DNA of 64,000 nt from Tubiluchus corallicola. Taxonomy: Eukaryota > Animalia > Priapulida. Location of the stretch: positions 859,777 to 923,776 of the forward strand of contig JAQGDQ010000045.1 of the NCBI GenBank assembly GCA_030141605.1. The letters run 5' to 3'. The notes beneath the pieces were generated by a model. The model had not been told where the DNA came from. It ran no database searches and was given only the letters and a program-made list of their open reading frames with translations. The translations under genes were made by a program, and so were the position numbers. Within the stretch, counting starts at the first letter, position 1, and every line of letters starts with the position of its first letter. Positions 52,256-64,000 of the stretch are shown in pieces.

Positions 52256-53357
52256 CTGCCAGTCTGAGAGCCGACATCCGTTGAAATTCTGGCTCCTCCA
52301 ACCACTTGTACATTCTCCGGAACGTCTCTCGGCCAGATTTCAGCTTACTCCAAGGTTTGGGATTCCTCAGGAGGTCGCTGAGAGTGCCCTGGCTTCGACA
52401 CAGAACTCGCTGTGCGAATATTGCTTGTGGTATGCTATATCGCTTTAATTCTGCACTGATTCTTTGCGCTAGTTCTTTGGTGTTTATCTCTTCGACTTCG
52501 CCTTTGGGACCTCCATTCATTTGAGGCCCACAATGGTCATGGACGGGGGTCGGCACACTGGTGTATGACGTTGGTGGAACTGACGTGATGGCAGGCTGAG
52601 ACGGAGGAATACCATTCATTGATGTCATGGCCGAATTAGGGGAGTGTAACTGAAGTGTGTCAACAGTGGTGTGGGATGAAAGTCCTCGTGACATTTCTCT
52701 GGGCACGTATGACTCGTAACTAGATGGTGATTTTGGTGAACTGATGCCATTCTGTGCGTAACCATAGGGTGAACCAAGACTCTGAGAATGTGTCTGAGAT
52801 CCAAGTCCATTTGTCATGCCACTCATACCACTAATCATACTCGACATGCCACCCATGCTTGGTAGCGGCTCTCGCATTGACGGATGCGGTTGAGAGCCCA
52901 GACCTGTTCCCATGTTCATTGCTGGCATGGCCAGTTTATCGTGGTATTGGTAACTGTTCATCCCAACTGGTATGCTGCTGTTGTACGTGTTTTGCATCAG
53001 GCTAAAGCTGCCACCACTATTTCCTGGATTGTTTGCCATATTGTATTTATCACTGCTAATAGGTGCCACCGTGCTAATGGGTGGCAGCGGCTGCAGAGTG
53101 GTCAGGGTCGTGTAGTTGTTGTAGATGGGTGACATCCTGCCGTTCATGTTCATGTTCAAACCGTGATAACCGGTGTCCATCATAGACGATCTAAAGTCGC
53201 TGGCGTCCAACATGTTGGTTAAGCTCACAGCAACTGCTGGCGATCGACTGGGGCTTGGCAGGTTGTGGATGAGAATCCGATCGTTGTGGGTCGATGGCAC
53301 GCTGGGTTCTGTCTTCAGCTCGGTAGCTAAGTCACACTGTTCCTCCACCCGCTCCAT
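52256..53357 (-). CDS. onecut: ONECUT/HNF6 CUT-class homeobox transcription factor, first coding exon (N-terminus, TP box, CUT domain); homeodomain exon not found intact in the window
   Basis: ORF 52248..53381 encodes the TP box YTTLTTLQPLPPISTV and a full CUT domain EEINTKELAQRISAELKRYSIPQAIFAQRVLCRSQGTLSDLLRNPKPWSKLKSGRETFRRMYKWLEEPEFQRMSALRLA (includes the LSDLL motif). The first in-frame ATG is at 53357 (MERVEEQC); the ORF-track start at 53381 is a TTG. The exon ends at GCAG|GTAGGT (last exon base 52256, phase 1), the position of the conserved onecut intron in ...SALRLA-A-CKRKE. Confidence 0.97.
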
Positions 53358-53399
53358 TGTCACGCGCAATTCAAATGTCAATAATCCTATGCCAGATAT

Positions 53400-53830
53400 G
53401 GTTGTGATAATACCCAGTGAGTGCTTAATCAGTTTCTAAGTGGTCGAAGAGGTCTTGGGGGTGTAACAAAACGCAAAAATTGTGTGCACGAAAATCCACT
53501 CACGGTATACAGTACATATATATCCATGTTGCCTCAGCTGCCGGCACGTGCGCAACTCGCATTGCGCAGCGGAGAAACCGCTACGCGCTTGCCCCGTTAT
53601 GAATTATTTCTACATTCACCATCTGCTAATCAAGAAGCAGTATATAACATGTTTCTCTTGCTGCCGAGCAAATTACAAAGAAACGCACAGAAAATGAGCG
53701 AGAGAGTACACACAGTGTTGCTTTGGCTTTGCCAGTTTAAGATCTGATGAACGTTGGGTCGTCTGAGCGCTGGAATTCTGCTACTGGCAGAAAACTCCAA
53801 TAGTTCAAACGATCAATACTCAACGTTCAG
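53400..53830 (-). promoter_or_regulatory. Probable 5' UTR / proximal promoter of onecut
   Basis: CpG-rich patch at about 53530-53600 directly upstream of the ATG, with E-boxes CAGCTG (53535) and CACGTG (53545), TATATA elements near 53517 and 53641, CCAAT at 53797 and an Onecut-like GATCAATA at 53811. TSS not determinable. Confidence 0.45.
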
Positions 53831-54299
53831 CGCGAGACATTTCTATGTAAAAGGCCTGATAGAATAGAAAAGCTTCGTCGTATTCTCAGGCAGGTAAAAC
53901 TAATACCCTGTCGTCAAGCCTACACCTGTGAACTACGTCACGTATTACTCATGGCTTATGTGTTCAAAAGACGCATGTTTTGAGTTGACTGTAAAAATTT
54001 CATTAACAATCTAGTTTTTTTATTTTTAGTGCTGTTGCCAAAATGTTGTTTATTCGCAAGATCAACATCTCACAGGAGTGCGAAGTAAGACTGCGACAAA
54101 TAACAGACATCCTAGTCATCAACATTCAATGGCTTCTTTATTTCAACGAATAACCTTTACTTCTTTACTTTTGGTTGATCTTTTAAACACGCATTATTAA
54201 GAGACTGTGCGAGTCTGCTTAACCGGAAGGGAAAAAGTTGGACTGAATGGCTAACTGCAAACTCGGGAAGAGACAGGTGCAAAACATTCACTTGGACTA

Positions 54300-54530
54300 C
54301 CTGTATTTCTATCTGTATCTGTGTCTGTCTGTATGTGTATGTGTACGTGTACGTGTATGTGTATGTGTATCTGCATCTGCATCTGTATCTGCACTTGCAC
54401 CTGTATCTGTAACTGTATCTGTAACTGTATCTGTACCTGTAACTGTATCTATATCTGTAACTGTATCTGTAAATGTATCTATACCTGTAACTGTACTCGT
54501 ACCAGCACCTATACCTATACCTGCATCTGT
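54300..54530. repeat. Degenerate hexamer repeat (TGTATC/TGTAAC/TGCATC)n
   Basis: Directly visible. Confidence 0.92.
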
Positions 54531-54701
54531 TCTTTTTAATAGTTTCTAATCTGACTATACAAGTAAAGACAAGATTTTAACACTTTGACAGAAGTTAAAA
54601 ATCTGGTGTCCAATTTCTGTTATTTGATTGAATATAGTTTAAAGAAAAAGCAACGTATAATGGACAAACTAAACTGAACATTAATAATAATAAGAATGTT
54701 G

Positions 54702-54919
<218 letters not shown>

Positions 54920-55255
54920 TTATAATTTTATAAACAGCTATAAGATATTAATAATTTCTCACAGTAAAAGTTTAAAAGAAAAATATAATCATAACTTTGA
55001 ATTAGTTACATGTATTTAGACTGCAATTAGTACTGAACATGGATTATTACTTCCAGACGAATAGGTTCCTACGAATGTTTGTAGGAACCCAATAACAAAA
55101 CATGCTGTTCTTCACGAAAAAAGCAATCAAAAGAAAACACGATAATGTGAAGTAGCAAAAGCACTGCCAAGAAGATGCGCTGTCAGGAAACTATATTCTG
55201 AAAATCAGATAATCTTCAGAAAATGCACGTTAGAATTCACTGTTTTATAATTTGC

Positions 55256-55733
55256 CATTTTGTTATAAAATGCCCATACTACAATGATCTTAGAGAAAAT
55301 TATATAAGAACATCAATGTAATTATTCCAGAATTTTTCCTTATGACCGATGCTGATAAATTTGTATTCTTGATGGGAAGTAATGATTTAGAAGTAATTAA
55401 GGCATTTATTAATTACGTTGAAAAAACGTTTTAAAGACATGATGAAAAATATACCATGTTATGATCATATCATTGAAAATGAGCCTAATGATTGACAATT
55501 TATTTTAAATACTAATAATTAAACTTTTCAATAAATAACTAATATAACTAACAAGAAGATTTAACAATATTTGTTTCATAGTAATTGTTTTGTTTGTATA
55601 ATTATAGTGTCATTATATTTCATAATTGAAATTGTATATACGTCTTGTTTTTTTGTATATTTTAAAATTGATATTGTATGTATGTTTGTATGTATTTTTG
55701 ACACTAATAAATAAATATCTAAATATCTAAATA
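55256..55733 (+). mobile_element. 5'-truncated non-LTR retrotransposon (LINE) 3' end
   Basis: Translation HFVIKCPYYNDLRENYI matches the HFxxxCPxYxxxR motif C-terminal to RT. After a frameshift comes DKFVFLMGSNDLEVIKAFINYVEKTF, then an AT-rich 3' UTR ending AATAAA-(TAAATATC)2. Confidence 0.75.
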
Positions 55734-58700
55734 TAATTATTGCCAAATTTATCGTTGTTTCATCACAAACGCTTTCTTAGAACCTCGCAGCCATATCTTT
55801 TAATTTAGAACTTAACCTTTGCTCGTCCGGCCTGTGGCTAGTTGTCTACACCATCTCCTTTCATCTCTGCTGGTTCAGTGGCTCATTTTAGAAGCATTGT
55901 CTTGATAATGACCCATAATCCGATGTCGCCACGAACATCCAAATTTAATAGGCACTACCGGTGAATGCTGGATTCCAGTTGCGTAAAAAAAATTCTACAA
56001 TGCTGCGTAACGATTGTGTACCAGTCATTCTCTTGCGTTTCTTGTTACAGAAGGAAGTATTAGCGACCGTTGTCATATAAAACAAAAATATCTGAAATTC
56101 TGCATAGATAGACTAGGTATAACAGCTAAACATTCTGTACATTTGACATAAATATTGAATTAATGCACGAGAAATATGCGCCTTTAATCATCTTTAAACA
56201 GCACAAAGCCACTAGTGTTTTGCTTCTACGAGACCTTTACTATTTTGTATAGTAAAACGAATTTAATATAAAAATAGTCTCTGCGGGGTATGGATTGCTT
56301 TTGTATGTTTTTTGAAAAAAGTGTTATTTTATTTTTCTTGTAGGCATACTTGAAACTCTGAATTCTTTATTTGTAAAAATCTTTCTTTAACTAATGAACG
56401 AAGTTTTATTTTTTCGGCAGATGCGGCAGACATCATTTGCTTCTGAGAACTTTGTACAAGTAAGAACAGTTTTGTAACGGAACAAAGTCGTGTTCCCATC
56501 GCCTAAAACTTGTCAAACTCGGTTTCACGAATGCTTTATAAAGTGAAATTTTGATTTTGGCTTGTATAGCCTGCGACTTATAATACTGTAAGACTTCTGT
56601 ACATAAATTTCTACATACATACATGCGTGTGTGTGTGTGTGCGTGTGTGTGCGTTAAGAGCATGCAGTCTATATTTTCTAGACTATAAATCACGGAAAAA
56701 TCTGACGAATCTACGAAAAACAATTTTTGACTTATATAGTTAAGTACTTGCAGAAAAATGTGTTAATCTAATTTTTTACTTTATTCAGCATGAAAGCAAA
56801 GATATGTATATGCTTTGCATATGTGCGTGCGTGCGTGCGTGTTTTATATGCTTCATATATTTTTATATTTATATTTATTTTTATTTTTTACTTATTTTTA
56901 TAGGTAATTTTAAAGCATAAAACTGTTTATTGGATCATTATAGCAGCTAGTTTCTCAAACGTTGTGATCATTCATCCAAGTTGTTACAGAAATCTATCGT
57001 TGAGGAAAAATAACGTCCTCGGTCCTGAATTTTTCAAATTCCCTTCTTTCAGTTGAATGCAGTTATAAAATTTATAACAGTTGTCACTTATTGTTCTTGT
57101 TCTTAATATTTGGGTTCAATTCTTCTTTGCAAGTCTAATAATAGCAATTATTTTAGTCAATAATAATGCAAAAATTCATTGATTCATTGTTCATTAGTGA
57201 TTAATTTCTCCTGGCAAATATTATTTACCTCGATACAAAGCACGAACTACTAGGACATTCTTGATTCTTGCAGTTCAATGAAATTGCACTGTGTCGCCAC
57301 CGTGTGTGTAGTAACGAAAGTCTATTCTTTACCCTTTTTCGAGATTTGGCATGTGCAAAATGTGTCGATTCGTATTCTCAATAATTATTATTAGACATAT
57401 GTAACTTTGCCAGATATTATGAGATACTGGAAAAATAAAACCGCAGTTATAAAAATTTTGAAAGCAATCTCATCGAAAAAGAAAGTGGGAAGGCGACGGT
57501 GGCATGGAATTACGGACCATACTTTGCAATGTATAACGTTTTCAAACACTTTTGTGATCTAAAGTGATCTTAGTTCATTCCTGGTATCTCATCAACATGA
57601 GCAACATTTGATTTTATTATCGAATAATTATTAATTACTTAGATAAATTTTTCTCTATCTAATTTATATCCTGAAAAAATCCACGAGTAATTGATTATTT
57701 ATATTATGCATTATATAATATAATGTAAGGTAATGTTGATGTAAGGTATCATTTATGTTCATATTTGTATTATAAGTCAGCAATTGTCGCCCTTGCACCA
57801 TAGAATAACAATGTTTGTACTCAGGTTATGAAACACGTGTCATAAAATAATTAAATGTAATAAGTCATTCCTTTAATTTAGTTACTACTCCGAACTGAAC
57901 GACAGGGCTACTTGTTTCTCTTGGCCACACGGTTTACATGCAGCTGGTAATGGACTAATGGATTTGTTACAGCTATACTTCTATAAGAATAGAAAAGAAA
58001 CAAAAGTGATATTATGCATTAAATAACCGCTCTATTAATCATTCACAAGTAATATGTATAAGACGAATTTCACTGCCGCATAACTATGTAGCTATAGTCT
58101 CTTAAGCCATATAAGATTAGTAGTAAATTACGTGCACATTATTGTTTTTATTCAGAACATACAATTCAACAATAATTCATACCATCGTCAAGCAACAATA
58201 CCAACAAACCACACAAAACAACCAACCCTGTAACATTACCAACAAAAATAAGATGTGAAACAAAATTGGATATACATGTATATAACAACGAGCTAACATT
58301 ACTTTAAAATTACTTGATAGTTTTCGCTTTGTTTACCAACTGATTGTTCAAATTAATTTTAATCACGTCATGTAGCGACATTTCAAAAGCTCTTCCCTCT
58401 TATACCCCCAAAATTGTCACACATCATTTTCAGCTTTACGCTTCGGTTTCTTCGCTGTACTTCATTTGTCCAAGTATTGCTTCGCGTTCTCATTCAAGAA
58501 CGTTGAAAGGCTGCAAAAACGAGGAAACGAGGTAAGGAAAACTAGAGGAAAAGAGGATATCATTGCGGAAATTTATAGTTTCTCATCTTCAATACAATGT
58601 GTAGCATAAGCTTTTGCTAGGGTGTAGCTGGGATACCAAAATAACGACTGATCGTGTAGAGCAAACATAAATTAACGAAATGACTATCACATGATCAATA

Positions 58701-58761
58701 TTTGGCGGGGAACTTTCGCGAGTCTCGCGTAGCGTACAACCTGGTGCGACTAGAAAACTCT

Positions 58762-58777
58762 GGGGGGGGGGGGGGGG
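58762..58777 (+). repeat. G16 homopolymer (G-quadruplex capable)
   Basis: Directly visible. Confidence 0.9.
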
Positions 58778-58841
58778 TGATGATCGAAATTAGTAGCCTG
58801 GAAACCTGCACCAGACCTCAACCCCGTCAAACACATCGTAA

Positions 58842-61067
58842 AAGTCCGGCAGCCAAATGTAATTTTTGGCTGAACCTTGCATTTTCCTTGTAAGTTTTTT
58901 CTCAGCAGTTTTCTCATATTCTGATAGTCCCTTTTAAGAATATTAAGGGTTTCCCTTTGTCAGATTTTTGAGATTTTGGACAGAAAGAGTTGCAATAGAA
59001 AAAGCATGTGCTGTGACACACCAAAACTCTTATGATTAGGTAAATAAAACTGACACGTAGAACTAAATTGGTAGCTAGTTTTTGTCACGGAGAATTCAAA
59101 AATTGGGCTACAATACGTACATAATGCGTTATAATTATGGGTACAGTATTTATTAGTTTTTGTAATAGCTTAATATTGCTGTATTAAGTTGAAGCGCGCT
59201 GTTTCGTAAAATTATCACTGGTGTAGTTTAGCAAACAGCTAGAAATTTAGACATTCTTTCATTTGGTTTAGGAAAACCATAACAACTACAACTATACAAT
59301 TTTAGCTAATCTGTTTATCTTAGATAGGTGCCTATGACATACTTTATGGATCTTTACTTGACAACCTGCCAAGCAAAAATCACATCATAGCATTATTAGC
59401 AGCTTATTTAGTAAAACTTGTTTTCATTATGATAATGCTTGTATGACTAAAAAGAAGAAAAGAGAAAGGGATAAATGCCATTGTGTTTGTTGTGAAGAAG
59501 AAGAATCTTAGAAGAAAAAAATTTCAGCTATGAGGTACGATGACACATAGGCCTCTACTTCAAGGCACATAAAAATAGGAGCCAAAGTCAAAATAATCGC
59601 AGATATCATTGACAAACAAGAACTGTGCAAAAAACTGAGTAGTTTGTATACATCTTCTAGCGCCTCAACAATGTCCTCAGCATAGTTAATGTTGTATGCT
59701 TGTACGGGATGCTTGTACTGTTATCATTGCGTGTAGTCAATTCGGTAACATAGGTATTGCAGTGCAACAGTATTTTGAAAACAAGTGGTCTCTACAAGAC
59801 AATCTAAATGCATGCACATGGCTTTGATGAAGAAGTCCCGTACAAGTGGGATTGAGGAAAATACGACTTATTTAACTTATTTTAAGAGTTACAGAAATGC
59901 AACAATAGCACAAACATCAGTGAAGTTTTGTCCTATGAATTATCTCCAATTCCAACATCAAGGTGGAAATAACTGGCCATTAGCCAGGCAGCCTTAGCAG
60001 AAGAAATAAATTTCACAACTGAATTAAAATAAAGGACAAGCTGAAAAGAACGCACGAAGAAAAAGTTTAATGGGTTATAAAACCAGTGATGAACATTCTT
60101 TCAGGTGACATAAACTGATTATACTGTTTCGCTTTATCACTTTTCGCATTATAATTTGCCCACGCCAATGGTCGTGAAATTGGTAAATGACAATGGTTAA
60201 ACAGTGAAGAATTATCAAAGCATCATTCCAGAGATGATAGTAGGCTATGCGCTTTCTCAGTGTAAGAAAGAGAACCAAATTGAATGTACTTTGAATGTAA
60301 TTTAGCAATATTAAAGCAGCCTAATTTGAGCTGCTCAAGCCACTAAATTCATCTGTGTATGGCTACACAAAATGTACATTATATCATGTCTGAAACTGGG
60401 ATAGTTATATGGCACAGTAAAATGCGTAGAACCAGTGTTACTAGGACCACTAGATGGAATTTTAACCATAACCAAATGCTCTTGTTCTGGTTAAAAGCTG
60501 TGCACTTCGCCATCAACCATGGAAGCATTTGCGATGATGAAACGAGCGCTCAGTGCACAATAAGTTGCATCATGTTCCATGCATGTGAAGGCTTCTAGTA
60601 ATAACGAACAAATAAGATCTGTAAAACTAAAACGAAGAATTGGACTGTACAAAAGCAGTAACTTAGTTATGAAGGTAATGATATAATCTGGATAAAAAAC
60701 TATTACCTAGTAATTTGAACGAGTGATGAAATGTTAATGTTAGTGGATTACGTCCTAATTAGATTATTTTAATGTGATTCTCCAACAAAATTTTCGATGG
60801 CGTACTCAGTCACTTTTTATTTGTTTTAATGTCCTTTAAGTTAAAAATATTAAATTTAATTTACTTAGTGTTTTCATTTGCATGATCATGGCAGTTTTTG
60901 GTTTGTACGTACTTCTCTAGTCCTTTTGGTCCAATATCTCAAATTGCTCAAGGGTGACCAAGGGCCACTCTTAATATTCTTAAAGAGGATCACCAGAACA
61001 TGAGAAAACCACTGAGAAAAACATTTACACGAAAAATGCAAAGTTCACCACACCGGCTGCCGGACTA
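58842..61067. mobile_element. 2.2-kb non-autonomous/decayed DNA transposon with long (about 220 bp) TIRs, possibly Academ-like
   Basis: Left AGTCCGGCAGCC...TGAACCTTGCATTTT...TTTTTCTCAG..GTTTTCTCAT.TTCTG...TTTAAGAATATTAAG...TTTGAGAT.TTGGAC...ACCAAAA is the reverse complement of 60850-61067, which ends GGCTGCCGGACTA. A TAG-type terminus suggests Academ. No intact ORF inside. Confidence 0.75.
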
Positions 61068-61271
61068 TATGTCCGCCAAAGTGGAATTTGCTGCTCATTT
61101 TTGAATATTAATAAATAAATTTTGAATATTCATAAATGATATACTAATATTAATAAATAAATTAATATTATCCGAAATTGATTTATTAATATTCAAAAAT
61201 CATTTATTAATATTCATAAGCGATTTATTAATATTAAAATTAAGTATTAAATGCCACTTTGGCGTTCCATA
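61068..61271. mobile_element. AT-rich palindromic MITE
   Basis: TIRs TATGTCCGCCAAAGTGG and CCACTTTGGCGTTCCATA, with internal units GAATATTAATAAAT in the left arm and ATTTATTAATATT in the right arm. Confidence 0.8.
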
Positions 61272-61890
61272 CACAAGTTAAAACTAAATTTGAAGCACAA
61301 TAGATTCTCTATTGTTTCAGCAATACTTTTGATGGAATAAGTTGTTCTGTACTATTATTTGCAGTTTTTGTATTTCCGTAGCAAAAACTTATGTTGCACC
61401 CTGTATTTCAGGAAATTCCTCTTCAGGGACGGTGGTTTCAGGAAAATCTTTGAAGCTTGTGCAACAGCACAAAATTGTAAAATTAAACGAGGAAATAAGC
61501 TATGACTGGTATAGTTCTAGAAACAAGGTAAATGCGCATAATAGGTAAAAATTAATTTTTTACTTGGATGCATTAAATTAAAAACTGTAGGTTAATCTAT
61601 TACAATAATTAGACATGATTTGATTAATTGCAAATTAAATGAAAGCCAGATTATAAGGCACGTTATTAGACACAACTAAAATGCTATGTTACACAACAAA
61701 CACGAGCGTAATTAAAGGATGTTAACCGGTTGATTGGAAAATTTGCTAATTTTTGATGCATTCCATCAGTAACAAAAATGTATGACGTATCTCGTTAGTC
61801 CTTAATATACTCTTCGTTCTTGTCGGTCGCTGAAGAACTTATCATTCACGAAACTTTGTATGAGCGACCCTTATAACTAAGCACTTACTC

Positions 61891-62436
61891 TCACAAAGAA
61901 GTTTCCTTACTTATAAAAGGTTCGGAAACAGAATTCTCCTTATACTCACATCTACTTGAACTTGGCATAACTGATGAGTCGACGTGATTAACCATGGACT
62001 GCATTTGTATTCCTTCTGGCTGCTGTTGGACGGTCTCGCTTGAAACGGTCTCGCTCGCTCGAGTCCTTATACCCAGGAAACAGCGTTTACGTATTTGCCA
62101 AATGCTAACAAATACGAACCCGATAACCATTTCCACCACGGAGTACACAAGTGGTATGAACACCGACTCACTGGCGAATTCCTTAGGAAATGTCACTAGA
62201 ATTATAGTGAAAGATAGCGGCATGTTTTTGACAAGGGATTCCATGACTATCGCACGCGAGGAAGCCCAGTCTAGTCTGCAGACATATGCAGCTCCCAGTC
62301 CTAACAGTACAGCAATCACAGAAAATATTGTCACAACACCATAGACCATCAGCGGCGCACCAAATAGAGTAGGAGAAATGTAGGATTGCAGAACTGCAGC
62401 AACAATAATTCCCATCAAACCAAGGAAGCTCCCAAT
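61891..62436 (-). CDS. SLC10 family sodium/bile-acid cotransporter-like protein (ASBT/NTCP-like), last coding exon
   Basis: Acceptor TTTTTTTTAAAG|ATT GGG AGC (phase 0, exon starts 62436); 181 codons plus TGA at 61891. The translation IGSFLG...LLGLGAAYVCRLDWASSRAIVMESLVKNMPLSFTIILVTF...VFIPLVYSVVE aligns with the C-terminal TM helices of SLC10A2 (IGSIAG...[39 protein letters not shown]...FTFPLIYSIFQ), followed by a hydrophilic tail. Upstream exons were not identified in the window. Confidence 0.9.
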   Translation of the reverse strand: MGSFLGLMGIIVAAVLQSYISPTLFGAPLMVYGVVTIFSVIAVLLGLGAAYVCRLDWASSRAIVMESLVKNMPLSFTIILVTFPKEFASESVFIPLVYSVVEMVIGFVFVSIWQIRKRCFLGIRTRASETVSSETVQQQPEGIQMQSMVNHVDSSVMPSSSRCEYKENSVSEPFISKETSL

Positions 62437-64000
62437 CTTTAAAAAAAACAATATTCTCTGATGACAGCATTTTTAAATTTGTTTGTTAATTGCATGCTTA
62501 TAAAATATTGGTGCTCAGAAAAAAGGTAAATTTATTGATAAAATAGCAATAAATGAGTTTTTGTAAGGAATGTTTATGAGCATGCGCACATTGTTCCTAG
62601 CCGACCAATCAACGAATAACATCCGTCGTCTAGTCGAAATCACCCAATTGCCTGCTGTCGCTGGATGTGAAAATTCACCCTACTAAAGCAGGAATCTAAT
62701 TTTTGGGTGAACTTTAAGGTTTAGGTACTTTTAACATTGCAGTGTTGTTTCTGTAGTGTGGAATTTTTATATATAATGTACCACTATATATTGTTGAAGC
62801 TGCTTTACTAGGCATTTGATATAATTTTGTAATGTATTGTAGTATTGCAAGCCACGCTTTATTATGTTTATCATCATAGAAGCAACCAATACCGTGATTA
62901 GTATAGTCACGTAATGGGTTGGGCGGCATTTTGGTGTGCCTTTTCTGTCCGGCTATATTGAATGTGTTGTCATTCTTATAAATGACCTCATTTTATCAGC
63001 TAATCTCATTCTTGGTGGTTTTGCAAAAAACTAGCCAGGTTCAGCCAATTTTACCTCTATTTCGGTTTTATGAACATTAGCTGACAAAAATGGTATTTAC
63101 CTGATTTTATCTACAAAGCTTTAAACATTTTACCTACAAACCAAAGAATCAATCTTTATGTTAACAAGATTGTACTGAAATTTGTATGCGGTACTGCGAA
63201 CCTTGAATACCCTGAAAAGTGAAGCCATGTACCCTTTTTAGTTTGTTTTATAATTTGAATGCCTCAGTACAGATTGGTCTACACTATACACCCTGGTTAT
63301 GTGGACTCAGTTTCCATTTTGCCAAAGAATTGATCGTGGAAAATGTCGGTTAGCTGCTACTGCTGATATGATCATCAAAGGTGTGCTCCTGGAGTCGGCG
63401 ACGATTGGATATATAGATTTTCTGTGATTGTTAGTCTTTAGAACTCCTTCAAGACCGCACTGTTCAAAGTAGGTTATATAAGACCTATGACTTTTCCGCT
63501 ACTGTATGAGCACAGACATAACTAAATTATTACGAATTAGGCACCGTTCTAGTCAGGAGAATCTTGGCGATCCAATCATTTGTTTAAACATTCATAAGTG
63601 ATTTAATTGGATAAAGTTAAGAAAAACACACACTTTTCGGGCACTCCAACTTAGCCTATTGAGTAGCTTAGTCTGGTGTTCACTTGCGTGATGTACACAC
63701 TAATTTATTGATCGCCTGCTTATTACAGCCCAATCTGTGCAGTGTTCTGTTGCTATTCCAGGAAAAACCAAGGACAAATTAGCTTCGCTTTATCTTTTAA
63801 CAGGAATTTCTCCTTTAAAATAGAATAGATTTTAGGCCAAACTGTGTCTGGATAGTCAAAGTTTCTACATTAGCTGATTTCACGCAAGTGATACTGTACT
63901 TTGTTGCAGTACAAACACTGCAGTTACTTAAAGCTTTTTTCAATTTATTTGTCAAAAATCGATTTTTAATTTGTCTAGGGTAAGCAAATGCATTTCACAT

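Noticed and set aside
53358-53381. ORF-track start for onecut at 53381
   Set aside because: It is a TTG; the first ATG at 53357 is the expected eukaryotic start.
52212-53747. Plus-strand ORFs overlapping onecut
   Set aside because: Antisense shadows of a real coding exon.
54247-54549. Cys-rich (metallothionein-like) ORF CICICTC
   Set aside because: Hexamer repeat artefact.
55064-55089. Hairpin GGTTCCTAC...GTAGGAACC as terminator
   Set aside because: Rho-independent terminators are not relevant in a eukaryote, and a 9-12 bp stem alone is unremarkable.
61824-61869. Hammerhead-like GGTCG-CTGAAGA...GAAAC...GTA...GCGACC in the SLC10 3' UTR (plus strand)
   Set aside because: Stem II does not pair and stem I is displaced by 4 nt from the cleavage triplet; only a 7-bp hairpin is supported.
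62714-62960. Possible upstream SLC10 exon / 71 aa ORF
   Set aside because: No convincing SLC10 motifs or splice sites in any frame.

Overview
AT-rich, microsatellite-rich animal (invertebrate metazoan) genomic DNA; the species cannot be named from the sequence. Two protein-coding genes are partly present, both on the minus strand in tandem. The first is the large first coding exon of a ONECUT/HNF6 CUT-class homeobox gene (ATG at 53357; TP box and complete CUT domain; phase-1 donor after 52256). Its intron runs to the left edge of the window (at least 52 kb), and I see no intact homeodomain exon. The second is the last coding exon of an SLC10 (Na+/bile-acid cotransporter family) gene (61891-62436). 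The rest is non-coding: simple repeats, several MITE/foldback and long-TIR DNA transposon derivatives, Penelope-like element (PLE) and LINE remnants, and candidate enhancer blocks. The main leads are: a 240-bp intronic hairpin carrying two inverted PLE-type minimal hammerhead ribozymes with a U3-A8 covariant core, where the copy on the onecut sense strand has lost G5; a degenerate Onecut-homeodomain-like stretch at about 390-580; two evenly spaced candidate recursive splice sites; and a Gln-to-Lys change at a sodium-site position of the SLC10 protein. Almost all other ORFs in the supplied track are spurious or derived from simple repeats. All alignments and identity estimates were made by eye.
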